Counted from the first letter of the stretch, positions 1 through 9,176 are shown. The stretch is DNA of 13,897 nt from an uncultured archaeon (GCA_964486045.1 CAZALK010000034.1:1-13897), one strand, 5' to 3'. Translations and numbers: made by a program. Notes: generated from the letters alone by a model not told the origin.

Positions 1-111
1 ATATAAGAATAAGCTAAAAAAATAATAAAATTAAAAGTTAAAATTTAGTCAATTACTCATTACTTTTTTTAGAATAGAGAGAAATTTAAAAATTTAAAAA
101 ATTATTACTTT

Positions 112-996
112 ATGATAGACATGAATGATTCCTTAGATCAAGAAATTCTCTCTCAAGATTTCGAATACTGTCTAAGAGCATTTGAAATTGATAAATTCAC
201 CATGATGAATATTGCTGCTAATCGTCTGATGGAAAATAGTATTTTTCTTGAGAATAAAGAAATATTTCTGTTTGCTGTTATACTTAAGGATATTGCAAAT
301 GATTATATGGGAATATTTCAAAACAAAAGAAATATATTAAATTCTGCTAAGGTTTTTGGAAAGAAAGCAATTGAATTGATTAGAACTAACTTTTATAATG
401 GTATTAACCTTGGAAATCTTTGGCAAAGTTTTCAAGAGTTTACTATGAGTATTAATGAATTTCATAAAGATGAATTAGAATCTAAAGTTTATTCTAATAA
501 CACAAAATTTACCAGACTCGTTTTTGAAATAATACTAAAATTCTTTTCAGAAAATAAGGAGAGTTTAAAGAAGATAAACAATACATTATTCAATGGAATT
601 ATAGGTGTAATGGTAAGAATTATGAAAAATCATTCATGTACACTTAAGGAAACTATGGTGTACTTATATTTTAAGATGCTTGTTCTTGTTTACACTTATG
701 TAATTGAAAAAAATTATCCTGAAGAAGAAATTGAGGAAGCCGATTATCAAGAATATATAGAAGGTCATATTAGTTTCATCGTTGATAATTATCTTAATGA
801 TAGTATAGATTTCATAGAATATAATTCTGAACTTTGGGAGATTGGGAAGCAGTTCAGAGAATTATATTTCTTATTTAATCCTCCCAGAATAATTGCTAAA
901 ACATCGTTTCCTGAACAAATTCCAGCTCTTGTTCGAGTTCCTATAATACCTTCTAAGAATGGAATTGAAATTAAAGATAAAGAAGAAAAAAATTAA
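112..996 (+). CDS. Hypothetical, predicted mostly alpha-helical protein (294 aa)
   Basis: Long uninterrupted ORF in AT-rich DNA, first gene of a tight cluster (15 nt to next ORF). No motif recognised. Start could be ATG 112 or ATG 121. Confidence 0.8.
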   Translation: MIDMNDSLDQEILSQDFEYCLRAFEIDKFTMMNIAANRLMENSIFLENKEIFLFAVILKDIANDYMGIFQNKRNILNSAKVFGKKAIELIRTNFYNGINLGNLWQSFQEFTMSINEFHKDELESKVYSNNTKFTRLVFEIILKFFSENKESLKKINNTLFNGIIGVMVRIMKNHSCTLKETMVYLYFKMLVLVYTYVIEKNYPEEEIEEADYQEYIEGHISFIVDNYLNDSIDFIEYNSELWEIGKQFRELYFLFNPPRIIAKTSFPEQIPALVRVPIIPSKNGIEIKDKEEKN

Positions 997-1011
997 AACA
1001 TAAAAAGAAAA

Positions 1012-1569
1012 ATGGAATCTGTTGACATAAATCTTAAAACATCATTGGATGAGCCTAGAACTTATCATAATAATGATACTTCTAGTGTTAAATTAACATA
1101 TGGCACTAGTGATACGGGAATTATTGGTGCTTCACAAATAGGTATCGTAATTCCTGATATAGAAGAAAGTACTTATTTTTGGAAGGGATTTCGACATTCT
1201 GCTATGACACCGGTAAGACTATCACTGCAGTTCAGTAAAAAAGTAGAAAGATTAATTATTCATGATTATATTTTTAGGAAGTTTATAAGCCATATAGAGA
1301 GGGGATTAAACGAATTTATCAAAGAAGAAATTGTGTTTTTAGAGAATACGATTACTTTTGAGGAAGATTGGGAAGTTCCGAGTTATGAAAAACTTGTACT
1401 CTCTTTAAAATTTCAAGAAATCCCCTTTAATCAAGAAATGCGATATTGGAAAGAAATAAACACCATAGTATATGGAAAGATTAAATCGATGATTCTAAGC
1501 AGCTCAGAAGAAGATTCTAGAAGAATACAAAATTTAAAAAGAAAATTTTTCATTAAAATCAAGATGTGA
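1012..1569 (+). CDS. Hypothetical protein, possible antitoxin/partner of the downstream HEPN protein (185 aa)
   Basis: Ends 6 nt before the HEPN gene. C-terminal half (FEEDWEVPSYEKLVLSLKF...EMRYWKEI) resembles, from recall, small proteins found beside HEPN genes. No GS..G/DxD nucleotidyltransferase motif seen. Function is inference. Confidence 0.55.
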   Translation: MESVDINLKTSLDEPRTYHNNDTSSVKLTYGTSDTGIIGASQIGIVIPDIEESTYFWKGFRHSAMTPVRLSLQFSKKVERLIIHDYIFRKFISHIERGLNEFIKEEIVFLENTITFEEDWEVPSYEKLVLSLKFQEIPFNQEMRYWKEINTIVYGKIKSMILSSSEEDSRRIQNLKRKFFIKIKM

Positions 1570-1575
1570 CAAATT

Positions 1576-1944
1576 TTGGTGAGATCATTGTTTAATCCTC
1601 TAATTTTCCTGAGTCTTGCAAAAAAAATAAAAGATGACGGTAATATGGACGAACAAGGTAAATTTAGAACCGCAATAGGGCGAGCATACTATGCTGCTTT
1701 TTTAACAACAAGAGAATATTTGATAAGGCACAAAGCAAAAAAATTTGATAAAGATCACCAACATAAAGATGTTCTTGATGTTTTAGATGAACTTGATGCT
1801 AATATTCTAAAAAATATGTTAGATAGATTAAGAGATAATCGAGTTAAAGCAGACTACTACTTAAACACAATTTTAAATAAGGATTTATGTGAGAATAGTA
1901 TAGTTCTTTCTGAAGAAATAATAAATTCTATTGAGGGGATTTAA
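1576..1944 (+). CDS. HEPN domain protein (UPF0332-like), putative RNase toxin
   Basis: RTAIGRAYYAAF N-terminal signature, a His mid-protein (HQHKDV) and C-terminal R-x4-Y motif (RVKADY); 122 aa; TTG/GTG start. Confidence 0.85.
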   Translation: MVRSLFNPLIFLSLAKKIKDDGNMDEQGKFRTAIGRAYYAAFLTTREYLIRHKAKKFDKDHQHKDVLDVLDELDANILKNMLDRLRDNRVKADYYLNTILNKDLCENSIVLSEEIINSIEGI

Positions 1945-1983
1945 TTTACTACCTATTTAGAATAAAATTCTTTTTATATTACA

Positions 1984-2853
1984 ATGAGTCGAAAATATTT
2001 TATCTGTTATCAGAAAAAAAAGAATTGTTCTTTTAGAACTCTTGATGTTAAATTAGATATTTTCATATGCAATTTTCATAAGGAATATTGGGGTGTTTTC
2101 AATGATGGAAATTCTTTTGGAGTAAAAAATCTACTTAATAGAGCATGTGAGTGGATACAAAAAGAAGATGCACGATTGAAATTTATTAGTGAAAATGCTA
2201 GTAAAGAGACAATAGAGATGCTAAAGAGTATAGATGTAGGGGATACACTATTTTGGACGACTCAGTCAAAAGAGTTAAAACTCGCTGAAAAGCCTACTGA
2301 GTTTAGTTAAATTGCTAGGATTAAATGTCAAAGATCTGATAGTAAAATTATCAAGGTTCCAGCATATTTTCTTCGTAAGCTTTCAAAAGGCAATTATAGT
2401 AATGAATATTTAATTGAGGGGGCAGAGAATGGAAAGAGAGCTCAAGATCTGGAATATAAAGCAAAATATCATGGCTTTAAGGCTGAAATTGTGAAAAAAA
2501 ATAGTGGATATCTTTTAAGGATTTATGGAGATTCACAACAAGAAGTCGATGAGTTCGTAGATCTCCTCGCAGAATTAGGTAGAAAAAACAGAGAAAGAAA
2601 AGTTGAATTTGTAGAGAAAGAATATAAGGAAATTTACATGATATTCACAGAAATGTCAAAGTCTCAAAATATCCCAAACTTTGAAGAGTTTAAAAAAAAT
2701 GTGGATAAATTTATTGAAATAACATTTGATGCTTATATCTCTAATATGGGATCTAAGGATGAAGCTTACGAAAAATGGGTTAATTATATTGGTTCAAGAG
2801 TTATTGCTATTGACTACTTTAAAGCAGTTGACAGATGGCACGCTTATACATAA
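1984..2853 (+). pseudogene. Single ~289-codon hypothetical gene interrupted by one in-frame TAA (2308-2310)
   Basis: Track ORFs 1984..2310 and 2491..2853 share a frame (offset 507 nt). The 60 codons between them are open: ...KPTEFS*IARIKCQRSDSKIIKVPAYFLRKLSKG...GFKAEIVKKNSG... Confidence 0.75.
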
Positions 2854-3146
2854 GTATCAATTATCAAATCAATAATTTAATTCACTTTTGATTTTTACAT
2901 TAATCTTAATGATGTAATAAAGATTTTCATCTCTATCCGATTATATAAACATATTACATTCAATTTTTAAAAAGCTTAACTATACACTTTTTATACATAT
3001 AACTTTTAAACGTTAGAAGCCATAAAGAAAAAATAAAGTTAGAAAAACAAAATATAGGCTAAAAAAGGGATTATAATTTATTGCTCTATATTTTTATCAT
3101 ACTCTTGTTTGAAGTCTTCCGATTTCTGATTTCCGTTAACCTCCGC

Positions 3147-5402
3147 TTACTTAATCGGACGGCTGTTGGCCTGGAATATAGGACCTATAAACTGCGAGTA
3201 TAGCTTGGCATAACCTTCCTGATTAGAAACAACTGCTATCATATCCGCTTCTTTCTCCGTTGCAGGAGCAAGAATAACTTCTTCCGCATCTCGAGTAACA
3301 GCAAAAAACTCACCTTTGCTTTGTAATTGTCTAAATTGTACATTACCGAGTTGTTTCATCTTGTTTATGATCCCAGAGTATTGATCTAAAGGAAAATGAC
3401 TGGTTAACATAAACCTTACAGCTTTCTTCTGAAAAGCATATTCAGAGACAACCTGGAGGATTTCAGGAACCACATAAGGAGTAACTATAATGATCGAAGA
3501 TTTGACACGATAGATCGCATCTTTAATAACAGCAACCATCGCATCTTTTCCTATAACCTGCCAGGTCGTAACTTTAGATATTTCTGGAATTAAGCTAGAA
3601 GCTTTTTGTATATCCTTCAGTTTATCTTCATTAGTTTCAGCAAGCTCGGTTGCATCATCAATTGAGTTCATAAATTGAAGGGTAAAATCTGCGATTGCAT
3701 CCTTGAGATTTTGTGTGGTATCTTTAGAGGTATTTGATAGACTACTTTGAAGAGTTTTCGCATTTTGTTCATATTTTGTTTTATGATCAGAAAGCATATC
3801 AACTAATGAGTTATTCATATCCTTAGCTTCGGCATCCCATAATTGAATCTCACTATTAATTTTATCGGATGTTTCACGTTTTATTTCGGAGAATTGAGTA
3901 TCAACTTCTTTAGTCCAACTTTCATTTATATTTTTAATTTCAGTATCGAAATTAGTATAGTGTTTCAGACTGGCATCCTTATGGTTATTAATCGCCTCAT
4001 CATATTGCCTATGGTGTTGTTTTAACGAATTTTCTAATGAATCTTTTAATTTGATATTAGTATCAGTACAATCCTTTACTCCACTTTGTAATGTAGAGTC
4101 AACCTCCCCTGCTATATCCGTTGCTAAAGTTTCTAACTGCGCATCAATAGTTTCTTGAGCTTTATAGTCTAAGTCGTTTGTTATAGATGCTAAGCTTTCA
4201 TTCTCATTTCCCATTATATCAGTAACATCAGTCTTAATGGTATCTGTTGTTCTCCTTGTGTTATCAATATAATCATCACATGTTTTAGAAAATTCCTCTT
4301 TCATAGGTTTGGTGTATTGTAAAACATTTTGAATAGTAGTTTCGTGTCGTGCTTTATATTTTTTCTTTTTTCCAAGCCAAAGGAATCCTTTCTTCGCCAT
4401 ATCATTAGAGAAATCAGTAAACCTATTTGCATGTTCAAGCAAATTATCAATTAGGGTTAGAGTCATAGATTTAAAATCATTTGTACGATCGGTTAGATTT
4501 CTATGTCGTTCATCGACTGTAGCTTTTAAATTAGTCTGAAGTGTATCTGTAGTATTTTTTATATGATTTGTATGCTCTTTCAATAAATTTGAAATCCTTT
4601 CTTTCAAGTCAGCTATAATTTTATCCATACGTTCAAGATATTTCTCTAAGATTTGTTCTATCTTTGGTTTAAGCTGATTAGAAATTGTTTGATGTCTTTC
4701 AACATGTTCATCTAACTCCATCTTCAATTCTCTATCAAGGTTTTCTACCCGCGTTGAAAAATCATTTAAGAGATCTGTAATCAGATTAACTAAATTGTCC
4801 TTTGTATTATTTATTTCATTTTCGTTTTTATTAACTTGTGATGTGGAAGTATCTTTTAAATTAGAGTTTAAAGTATCTACCATTGAATGGACATTGCTTT
4901 CTAATGTTTTAGTTGTTTCAGTAAATCTATTTGTTGCCTTATCAATTTTATTTTTTTTGGTAGAATTTTTGGAATCTGAATCTTCAAAAAAGGTTTTAAC
5001 TTGAGAATCTACCGCGTTTTCTACTTCTGATATACTTTTATTTTGAATGCTTTCGAGTTTCTCAAAGCGATGTGATTGATCGGTTAAAATAGTATCTTTA
5101 ATTTTAGCAATTTCATTTCTGAGGGTTTCCGACTCATTTGTAAACAATTCAAAAAAAGGTTCTAAAGGAATGTATCTTGAGACGATTCCTTCAATCTTTT
5201 TTAAGAATCCTTTCTCTACAAGCCATTCAGTAATTTCCAGGACAGTTTGATAATCCAAACCTTCATGTTCTTCCCCTAATGTCATAAAAACTTCTGAAAT
5301 TGTAGCACGTGGTACTCTCAAGTAATTTAAATAGATATTGATGTGTTCTTCAGTGAACCCATATCGTGTAAACACTTCTTTAGTGAATTCTTTTAATGAC
5401 AT
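3147..5402 (-). CDS. TrmB-like protein: N-terminal winged helix, ~520-aa helical/coiled-coil insert, C-terminal non-catalytic PLD-like (TrmB effector-domain-like) domain (751 aa)
   Basis: N-terminus YGFTEEHINIYLNYL..ATISEV...WLVEKGFLKKIEGIVSRYIPLEP fits TrmB wHTH. Residues ~83-605 are E/K/Q/D/T-rich and Pro/Gly-poor. C-terminus WQVIGKDAMVAVIKDAIYRVKSSIIIVTPY...AVTRDAEEVILAP fits the PLD-like fold without HKD. GGAG SD-like sequence 8 nt upstream of ATG. Confidence 0.75.
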   Translation of the reverse strand: MSLKEFTKEVFTRYGFTEEHINIYLNYLRVPRATISEVFMTLGEEHEGLDYQTVLEITEWLVEKGFLKKIEGIVSRYIPLEPFFELFTNESETLRNEIAKIKDTILTDQSHRFEKLESIQNKSISEVENAVDSQVKTFFEDSDSKNSTKKNKIDKATNRFTETTKTLESNVHSMVDTLNSNLKDTSTSQVNKNENEINNTKDNLVNLITDLLNDFSTRVENLDRELKMELDEHVERHQTISNQLKPKIEQILEKYLERMDKIIADLKERISNLLKEHTNHIKNTTDTLQTNLKATVDERHRNLTDRTNDFKSMTLTLIDNLLEHANRFTDFSNDMAKKGFLWLGKKKKYKARHETTIQNVLQYTKPMKEEFSKTCDDYIDNTRRTTDTIKTDVTDIMGNENESLASITNDLDYKAQETIDAQLETLATDIAGEVDSTLQSGVKDCTDTNIKLKDSLENSLKQHHRQYDEAINNHKDASLKHYTNFDTEIKNINESWTKEVDTQFSEIKRETSDKINSEIQLWDAEAKDMNNSLVDMLSDHKTKYEQNAKTLQSSLSNTSKDTTQNLKDAIADFTLQFMNSIDDATELAETNEDKLKDIQKASSLIPEISKVTTWQVIGKDAMVAVIKDAIYRVKSSIIIVTPYVVPEILQVVSEYAFQKKAVRFMLTSHFPLDQYSGIINKMKQLGNVQFRQLQSKGEFFAVTRDAEEVILAPATEKEADMIAVVSNQEGYAKLYSQFIGPIFQANSRPIK

Positions 5403-5575
5403 AAATCTATCTCCATAATCGGTATAAAATTCGTTTTAAAATAATTTTAAGTTGAATTCTTTATAAATAGTTTAATTTGAATATGTTTAATAATATTTTC
5501 AAAATTGTAATATAAAAACTCATAGTTCATAAGATTTGAATTTCTCATGGACTTAAACGAATTTTGTAATTGAGC

Positions 5576-6094
5576 TTATTTATTACGAGATTCCTTCAAA
5601 ATGGTATTCTTCGCATAACTAACTAAACCACCTGCAGATATAATTTCTTGTAGAAAAGAAGGGATACTTCTTATTTGATATTTTGTTTTTGTGGAAATAT
5701 TTTTAATGATTCCTTTCGCAATTATTACTTCAAGATCATCATTCGTATTTATTAGTTTAATATTTTCAAATTTAATTATTGGTAACCCAATGTTTATAGC
5801 ATTACGAAAAAATATACGAGCAAATGAAGCTGCGATTATACAATTAATTCCTGCTGCTTTAAGAGCAATTGGTGCTTGTTCTCTGCTCGATCCACATCCA
5901 AAATTAGCTCCCGCCACCATTATTGAATAACCGAATTTTTTCTGATTTTGGATAAAATCTTCATCGAAGTCTTCCATACAATGTTTGCCGAGATAATCCG
6001 GGTCTATTAATGTCAAATACCTGGCGGGAATAATTAAATCTGTATTTATATCTTTTCTATCATACTTTATTACTTTTCCAATCAATTCTTCCAC
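5576..6094 (-). CDS. leuD: 3-isopropylmalate dehydratase small subunit
   Basis: DINTDLIIPARYL, NFGCGSSREQAP and SFARIFFRNAINIGLP motifs; GTG start 1 nt after the leuC stop. The specificity loop reads YLTL, not the YLRT of methanogen homoaconitase small subunits. Confidence 0.9.
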   Translation of the reverse strand: MEELIGKVIKYDRKDINTDLIIPARYLTLIDPDYLGKHCMEDFDEDFIQNQKKFGYSIMVAGANFGCGSSREQAPIALKAAGINCIIAASFARIFFRNAINIGLPIIKFENIKLINTNDDLEVIIAKGIIKNISTKTKYQIRSIPSFLQEIISAGGLVSYAKNTILKESRNK

Positions 6095-6095
6095 C

Positions 6096-7370
6096 TTAAA
6101 TGAAGTTTGGTGAAGTAATATATCCTTTTAAAGCCGAAGCAGCAGCAACTGCAGGATTTGATAAAAATACTTCACTTTCTTTATGTCCCATCCTTCCTGT
6201 AAAATTTCTATTTGTTGTTGATATAGCTTTTTCTCCCTCAGCAAGGATACCCATGTGACCTCCCAAACAAGGACCACAAGTTGGGGTTGAAACAATGGCT
6301 CCACTATTAATGAATATCTCAAGTAATCCTTCCCTTAACGCTGTAAGATAAATCATTTGAGTTCCTGGGATAACAATGCATCTAACCTTAGGATGAATCT
6401 TTTTATTTTTTAATATCTTAGCAGCAATTCTTAAATCCTCCATACGACCATTTGTACAAGAACCAATTATTGATTGATCAATCTCAACTCTCATACTATC
6501 AACTTCAGAAATTGGCTTTGCATTCTCAGGTAAAGAAGGTAAAGCAACTTGTGGTTCTATATCCGTACAATCAACTTCTATAGTATCAACATACTCTGCA
6601 TTTTTGTCACTTTCATATATTTTATATTTTGAATTACCACGGTTTTTAATATAATCTAATGTTATTTTGTCAGGAGCAATTATCCCATTTTTAGCTCCTG
6701 CTTCAACTACCATATTGCACATTGTAAATCTGCTATCCATCGATAAGCTTCTAATAACTTCCCCTTCAAGTTCCATAGCATTATAAGTAGCACCGTCAAC
6801 ACCTATTTCACCAATTGTATGCAAAATTAGATCTTTTCCTGAAACCCATTCATTTAAAGTTCCAGAATAAATAAACTTCAATGATTCTGGTATTTTAAAC
6901 CAACATTTTCCCAAAGCCATTGCTACTCCTAAATCTGTGGAACCTACACCTGTAGAAAAAGCACCCACGGCACCATAAGTGCAAGTATGCGAATCCGCAC
7001 CAATAAATACATCTCCAGGTTGTACTAATCCTTGTTCTGGAATAAGGCAATGTTCAATTCCTCCGCGACCTACTTCAAAATAATTCAAAATTTTATATTT
7101 ATGAGCAAATTTTCTGAGAATTTCACACTGTTTTGCTGAAGCGATGTCTTTGTTTGGTGTAAAATGATCAGGGGTTAAAATTACATTATTTATATTGAAG
7201 ATCTTTTTCTCTGTTCCTTCAATGACTTTTTCAAAAACATTTATTGCAATTGGAGCTGTAATATCATTTGCTAGACATTTACTAATCTTAGCTGAAATAA
7301 AATCTCCTGCACTAGCATTCTTATTTTCACAATGCTCTCTTAAGATTTTTTCCGTAATTGTCAGTTCCAT
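6096..7370 (-). CDS. leuC: 3-isopropylmalate dehydratase large subunit (archaeal LeuC/HacA type, 4Fe-4S)
   Basis: Aconitase-family motifs PDHF, GADSHTCTYGA, IGSCTNGR, CGPCLGG, STTNRNFTGRMG; 424 aa; lies between leuA and leuD. Confidence 0.92.
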   Translation of the reverse strand: MELTITEKILREHCENKNASAGDFISAKISKCLANDITAPIAINVFEKVIEGTEKKIFNINNVILTPDHFTPNKDIASAKQCEILRKFAHKYKILNYFEVGRGGIEHCLIPEQGLVQPGDVFIGADSHTCTYGAVGAFSTGVGSTDLGVAMALGKCWFKIPESLKFIYSGTLNEWVSGKDLILHTIGEIGVDGATYNAMELEGEVIRSLSMDSRFTMCNMVVEAGAKNGIIAPDKITLDYIKNRGNSKYKIYESDKNAEYVDTIEVDCTDIEPQVALPSLPENAKPISEVDSMRVEIDQSIIGSCTNGRMEDLRIAAKILKNKKIHPKVRCIVIPGTQMIYLTALREGLLEIFINSGAIVSTPTCGPCLGGHMGILAEGEKAISTTNRNFTGRMGHKESEVFLSNPAVAAASALKGYITSPNFI

Positions 7371-7401
7371 TTTCTTTTATTGAAATAAGTAATTTAATAT
7401 T

Positions 7402-9027
7402 TCATGAGTTTTTTTGTTTTACTAAAAGATTCAAACCTTTTATAAGCGAAAGCACTGAGCTCATTATAATATCTTCGTTTGTAGCACTCGCTTTTACAAT
7501 GTGATTAGTATCAATATCCATGATTTCAATTGTAGTTCTTCCTAACGCTTCAGTTCCCCCTGTAATTGCATCAATTTGATAATTCAATAATTTTACTTTG
7601 CTCATGGGTTCAAAACACTGGATAATTGCCTTAACACATGCATCAATGGGACCCACTCCTATGGATGAGGCGACTTTTTCAATAATATCTCCATTATTTA
7701 TAATTTTTAATCTTACAGTGGAAGAGGGGGTGACCGATCCCGTAATGACAGTCAATTCTTCAAGTTTTACAAATTGATCTTCCTCAGGTAATTCATCCAA
7801 AACATCTTTAAGTATCGCATAGAAATCTTCTTCTGTGACCTCATGTCCTTTATCTCCAAAATCTTTCACGTGGTCCATAATGGTAGTGAATTGTTCATTA
7901 GTGGCAACAATGCCCAATTCGTGCAATTTTGCTTTAAGGGAATGCCCTCCTGTATGTTTTCCTAATTTAATCGATTGTTTTATAATCTCTTCCACATCAT
8001 CGGAACGATTAATTCCAATTAATTCTGGTGTAATAGGCTCATATGCTCTTGCATGTTGAATCATTCCATGGGCATGTATACCTGATTCATGGGCGAAAGC
8101 ATTTTGACCTATTAAAGGACTTAAGCGGCCTATAGAAACTTTACCTCCACACAAGCTTTCAACTAATTTTGCAGTTGGAAATATCAATTTAGTATTTATT
8201 CGCATTGGAATTTGATACAAAGCGTAGAGAGACATAGCAGTTTCCGCAAATGAAGCATTTCCTGCGCGTTCGCCTAATCCCAAAATTGTTGTTTGCGCTT
8301 CAGAAGCTCCATTCTCAAAACCTGCTATTGTATTTGCTACAGCTAGCCCAAAATCATTATGGCAATGTACCGCAATCCTAATATTTTTTGGTAATGCTTC
8401 ATAATTTCTTCTTATAATATGTCCATATGCAGTTGGAGATATTGTTCCGACAGTATCTGGAATATTTATTCTAGTGACCCCACTTTCCACAGCAGCCTTA
8501 TTTACTTTAACTAGATAACCTAAATCTGACCGTGTGGCATCCTCAGCAGAAAACTGAATTATAGAAAAATGATCTTTAGCATAACTTACCATTTCTCTAA
8601 CAATATCAACAACTTCTTCTCTAGTCATTTTTAATTTTTTTTTTAAATGTAAATCTGAGGTTGCAATAAATAGATGAATTGAATCCATATCAGCTTCAAT
8701 AACTTTATCTATATCAATTTTTGTTGGTCTTGCTAATCCTATGATCTCTGAATCCAAACCTAACTTAGAAATTTCCTTGCAAGCATCAAAATCCCCTTGT
8801 GATATAACAGGAAATCCTGCTTCGATCACATCTACCCCTAAATTATTTAAGGTCTCGGAAATAGATATTTTTTCTTTAAGAGTAAAACTAATACCAGGGG
8901 TTTGTTCGCCATCGCGGAGTGTGGTATCAAAAAAATACGCTTGCTTAGGTAGAATTAAAGTTTCACGTATTTTCTCCATCATATCAGAAACCATAATATC
9001 GCTTTTCTCATTCATTTTTTTCCACAT
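7402..9027 (-). CDS. leuA: 2-isopropylmalate synthase (LeuA/CimA family) with C-terminal allosteric domain
   Basis: DTTLRDGEQTPG, PDTVG, HCHNDFGLAVAN, GLGERAGNA, AFAHESGIH and regulatory-domain GVGPIDA motifs. Citramalate synthase cannot be excluded. Start uncertain (ATG 9027 or 9015). Confidence 0.82.
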   Translation of the reverse strand: MWKKMNEKSDIMVSDMMEKIRETLILPKQAYFFDTTLRDGEQTPGISFTLKEKISISETLNNLGVDVIEAGFPVISQGDFDACKEISKLGLDSEIIGLARPTKIDIDKVIEADMDSIHLFIATSDLHLKKKLKMTREEVVDIVREMVSYAKDHFSIIQFSAEDATRSDLGYLVKVNKAAVESGVTRINIPDTVGTISPTAYGHIIRRNYEALPKNIRIAVHCHNDFGLAVANTIAGFENGASEAQTTILGLGERAGNASFAETAMSLYALYQIPMRINTKLIFPTAKLVESLCGGKVSIGRLSPLIGQNAFAHESGIHAHGMIQHARAYEPITPELIGINRSDDVEEIIKQSIKLGKHTGGHSLKAKLHELGIVATNEQFTTIMDHVKDFGDKGHEVTEEDFYAILKDVLDELPEEDQFVKLEELTVITGSVTPSSTVRLKIINNGDIIEKVASSIGVGPIDACVKAIIQCFEPMSKVKLLNYQIDAITGGTEALGRTTIEIMDIDTNHIVKASATNEDIIMSSVLSLIKGLNLLVKQKNS

Positions 9028-9052
9028 TTTTAAATTTGTTCAAGACATTACA

Positions 9053-9121
9053 ACCTTCTTATTATTATGAAAGAATCGATGAAACCTCTTTCAAGGATAA
9101 AGAAGGTCTACTATAATAATA
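9053..9121 (-). promoter_or_regulatory. Putative attenuator RNA structure upstream of leuA
   Basis: On the - strand mRNA: ACCUUCUU (9107-9100) is complementary to SD-like AAGAAGGU (9060-9053); inner stem UGAAAGAG (9093-9086)/UUCUUUCA (9075-9068); Leu-codon segment UAUUAUUAU (9121-9113) is complementary to AUAAUAAUA (9068-9060). Confidence 0.55.
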
Positions 9122-9176
9122 GTAAGTGTAATTCTAAAACACTTAAACTCAATTCTATTGAAGAAAAACACTTCAT
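9111..9176 (-). CDS. Putative leucine-rich leader peptide MKCFSSIELSLSVLELHLLLL (leuL-like)
   Basis: ATG 9176 to TTA CTA TTA TTA TAG (then a second TAG); 8 of 21 codons are Leu, the last four tandem; ends 83 nt upstream of leuA ATG 9027 on the same strand. In-frame upstream ATGs at 9221, 9236 and 9260 are alternative starts. Confidence 0.6.
   Translation of the reverse strand: MKCFSSIELSLSVLELHLLLL

Noticed and set aside
2308-2310. Stop-codon reassignment explaining the internal TAA
   Set aside because: TAA terminates many intact genes in this window, including leuC, leuD and the nitroreductase.
3147-5402. SMC/Rad50 ATPase or active phospholipase D/nuclease
   Set aside because: No Walker A/B or signature motifs and no HxKxxxxD motif.
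9040-9042. Selenocysteine read-through of the in-frame TGA upstream of leuA
   Set aside because: Non-catalytic N-terminal position, LeuA is not a known selenoprotein, and I could not identify a SECIS.
3843-9070. Short track ORFs 3843..4025, 4795..5004, 5691..5930, 6128..6322, 7195..7383, 7835..8059 and 8741..9070
   Set aside because: Antisense or alternate-frame shadows of well-supported genes, with no motifs.
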